Under the pieces are notes generated by a model that saw only the letters and a program-made list of their open reading frames with translations, had not been told where the DNA came from and ran no database searches. A DNA stretch of 62,984 bases, counting the filler, from Ministeria vibrans ATCC 50519 (taxonomy: Eukaryota; Protista; Filasterea): assembly GCA_943704425.1 (NCBI GenBank). It is 5 parts of 5 records of this genome, joined end to end, with 100 filler letters (N's around TTAATTAATTAA, not from the genome) between each part and the next. Parts side by side here need not be neighbours in the genome. Positions count along the whole stretch, not along the records: positions 61,328 to 62,984 come from CALSCP010001248.1; 4 more parts are not named here. The stretch is one strand, 5' to 3'. This document shows, in pieces, positions 62,560 through 62,984 of this stretch (positions are counted from its first letter, which is position 1; each line of letters opens with the position of its first letter). Made by a program: the position numbers and the translations under genes.

Positions 62560-62937
62560 CTTGTTTCGTGTCCATGTAAATGCTGTGGTTTTTCAACCCC
62601 TCTGTTCGCAACGGGATTCGCCCCCGGCTGACATACACACACACGCACACACACCGCTCCTTATCCCTCTTTGTCTCCTTGTTGTAGACTTGCGTCGTTC
62701 GCCGAGCGGCTGAAGCGTGCAGGGATTCTGGACAGCGTCATCGAGCGAGACATTGCCCTTCAACGCGCGCTCGACATTGAGCCGTCACGCGCGCTGCAGG
62801 AAATCTGTTGCTCTCGCCAGGTTGCGGGCAGGAGGGATATGTTCAAAGGACGCATCACAATGTACACGAGCAAAGCGTGTAAGTTTTGCCGTCTTGCCTT
62901 AGCGACCCTTGTCGGTCTGGACCTCCCGATCCATCTG
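62332..62937 (+). CDS. Glutaredoxin-domain protein, 3'-partial (possibly GRX-DEP-DUF547 type)
   Basis: Exons ~62332-62513 and ~62688-62937 splice in frame to ...MFKGRITMYTSKACKFCRLALATLVGLDLPIHL, a CxxC glutaredoxin N-terminus, followed by a GT donor. Confidence 0.65.
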
Positions 62938-62984
62938 GTACGTACATCCTTCCGTTCCAATTTCCCTCGCTCCCCCCCCCCCCC

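Overview
This is eukaryotic, intron-rich genomic DNA (short GT-AG introns, many GT/GA microsatellites) from a compact genome. Flagellar genes (CFAP61, TTLL5), a giant cadherin, EGF-array proteins and an F-BAR/RhoGAP/SH3 protein suggest a flagellated holozoan, most plausibly a choanoflagellate; this assignment is inference. The window is five unrelated contigs joined by artificial 100-nt linkers (N44-TTAATTAATTAA-N44), so adjacency across linkers is not biological. Contig 1 (1-31646): DUS3, SDS22/PPP1R7, TRAPPC13, srGAP-like, CFAP61, CHMP1, DEPDC5, XRCC3, NAGPA-like, TTLL5, NUDT7 and the start of a PH-domain gene. Contig 2 (31747-39878): two tandem cbEGF-array genes. Contig 3 (39979-51788): part of one giant cadherin. 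Contig 4 (51889-61227): spastin, a bacterial-type fold-III PLP enzyme, a C45/acid-ceramidase-like Ntn hydrolase, an RCC1-repeat protein and Rab5. Contig 5: gene fragments. The most unusual signals are in the extracellular proteins. (i) Both EGF genes carry 7-cysteine EGF domains in strict A-B pairs (14 of 14), with the extra cysteines at the inter-domain interface, implying disulfide-stapled EGF dimers. (ii) A MIDAS VWA domain is inserted inside an EGF hairpin. (iii) The cadherin carries tandem spongin/short-chain-collagen NC1-like domains, plus CBM-like jelly-roll domains inserted inside cadherin repeats. All family calls come from manual translation and motif recognition; no database searches were run.
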